Source of the DNA: Kiritimatiellia bacterium
Lineage (GTDB): Bacteria; Verrucomicrobiota; Kiritimatiellia; RFP12; UBA1067
DNA length: 64,000 bases
Reading direction: 5' to 3'
Assembly (NCBI GenBank): GCA_017403825.1
Contig: JAFRDO010000010.1
Span: 20,401 to 84,400 of the forward strand
Below are positions 63,986-64,000 of this stretch, in pieces. The notes beneath the pieces were generated by a model that worked only from the letters and a program-made list of their open reading frames with translations, searched no databases and was not told where the DNA came from. Position numbers and translations under genes: made by a program. How positions within the stretch are numbered: position 1 is the first letter of the stretch; every line of letters starts with the position of its first letter.

Positions 63986-64000
63986 CGTCTCGCAGCCGAC

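Noticed and set aside
1-64000. Search for CRISPR arrays, rRNA operons, integrases or transposases
   Set aside because: There are no regularly spaced short direct repeats with unique spacers, no long rRNA-like conserved stretches, and no ORF with recognisable integrase or transposase motifs (DDE, tyrosine recombinase R-H-R-Y). The only repeat family is the 9-mer-based element described above. tRNAs were not scanned for systematically; the intergenic regions are short, so none was obvious.

Overview
This is a GC-rich bacterial chromosomal segment. No rRNA or CRISPR arrays were seen, and tRNAs were not scanned systematically. The gene content suggests a PVC-superphylum-like glycan degrader (Kiritimatiellota, Lentisphaerota or Verrucomicrobiota style): autotransporter-associated beta-strand (PATR) repeat secreted proteins, a type III glutamine synthetase, GH89 and GH20-like enzymes, and a secretin operon. 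The window falls into four blocks.

1. 1-22.8 kb is an amino-sugar and glycan utilisation locus. It holds the 3' part of an MFS sugar porter, several TIM-barrel hydrolases including two GH20-like paralogs, an EEP nuclease/phosphatase-fold protein, two esterases, a SIS-domain protein, a membrane acetyltransferase resembling HGSNAT, an AraC/XylR-type regulator, a sensory-rhodopsin-transducer-like (ASRT-like) small protein, two paralogous PATR secreted proteins, an M81/MlrC plus M24 peptidase pair, and an esterase fused to a hexose-6-phosphate mutarotase domain.

2. 23.2-40.8 kb is a plus-strand run of three very large secreted enzymes of 1690, about 1810 and 1105 aa. The last is a GH89 alpha-N-acetylglucosaminidase fused to a BNR/sialidase-like propeller. 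They are followed by a Gfo/Idh/MocA-like oxidoreductase, a second SIS protein and a PfkB sugar kinase.

3. 40.7-55.1 kb is a cluster of glutamine-handling enzymes: guaA, gltB, glnN (GSIII), gltD, a purF-like gene, carA and pyrG. A recurring TTACA-N5-TGTAA palindrome sits in their promoter regions.

4. 55.1-64 kb holds two tandem members of an uncharacterised 'HxQGMC' secreted-domain family, a coiled-coil membrane protein, and a type II secretion / type IV pilus-like operon (PilM/N-like, PilO/GspM-like, secretin). A degenerate 9-mer-based repeat element punctuates this operon and brackets a gene for a four-helix-bundle protein fused to a topoisomerase-type zinc ribbon.

The best candidates for undescribed biology are the HxQGMC domain family, which has four copies in the window (one embedded in a giant enzyme), the shared uncharacterised catalytic-like domain of the two giant proteins, the repeat-bracketed 4HB/zinc-ribbon cassette, and the palindromic nitrogen-regulon motif. 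Many long antisense ORFs in the six-frame track are GC-content artefacts and are not annotated.
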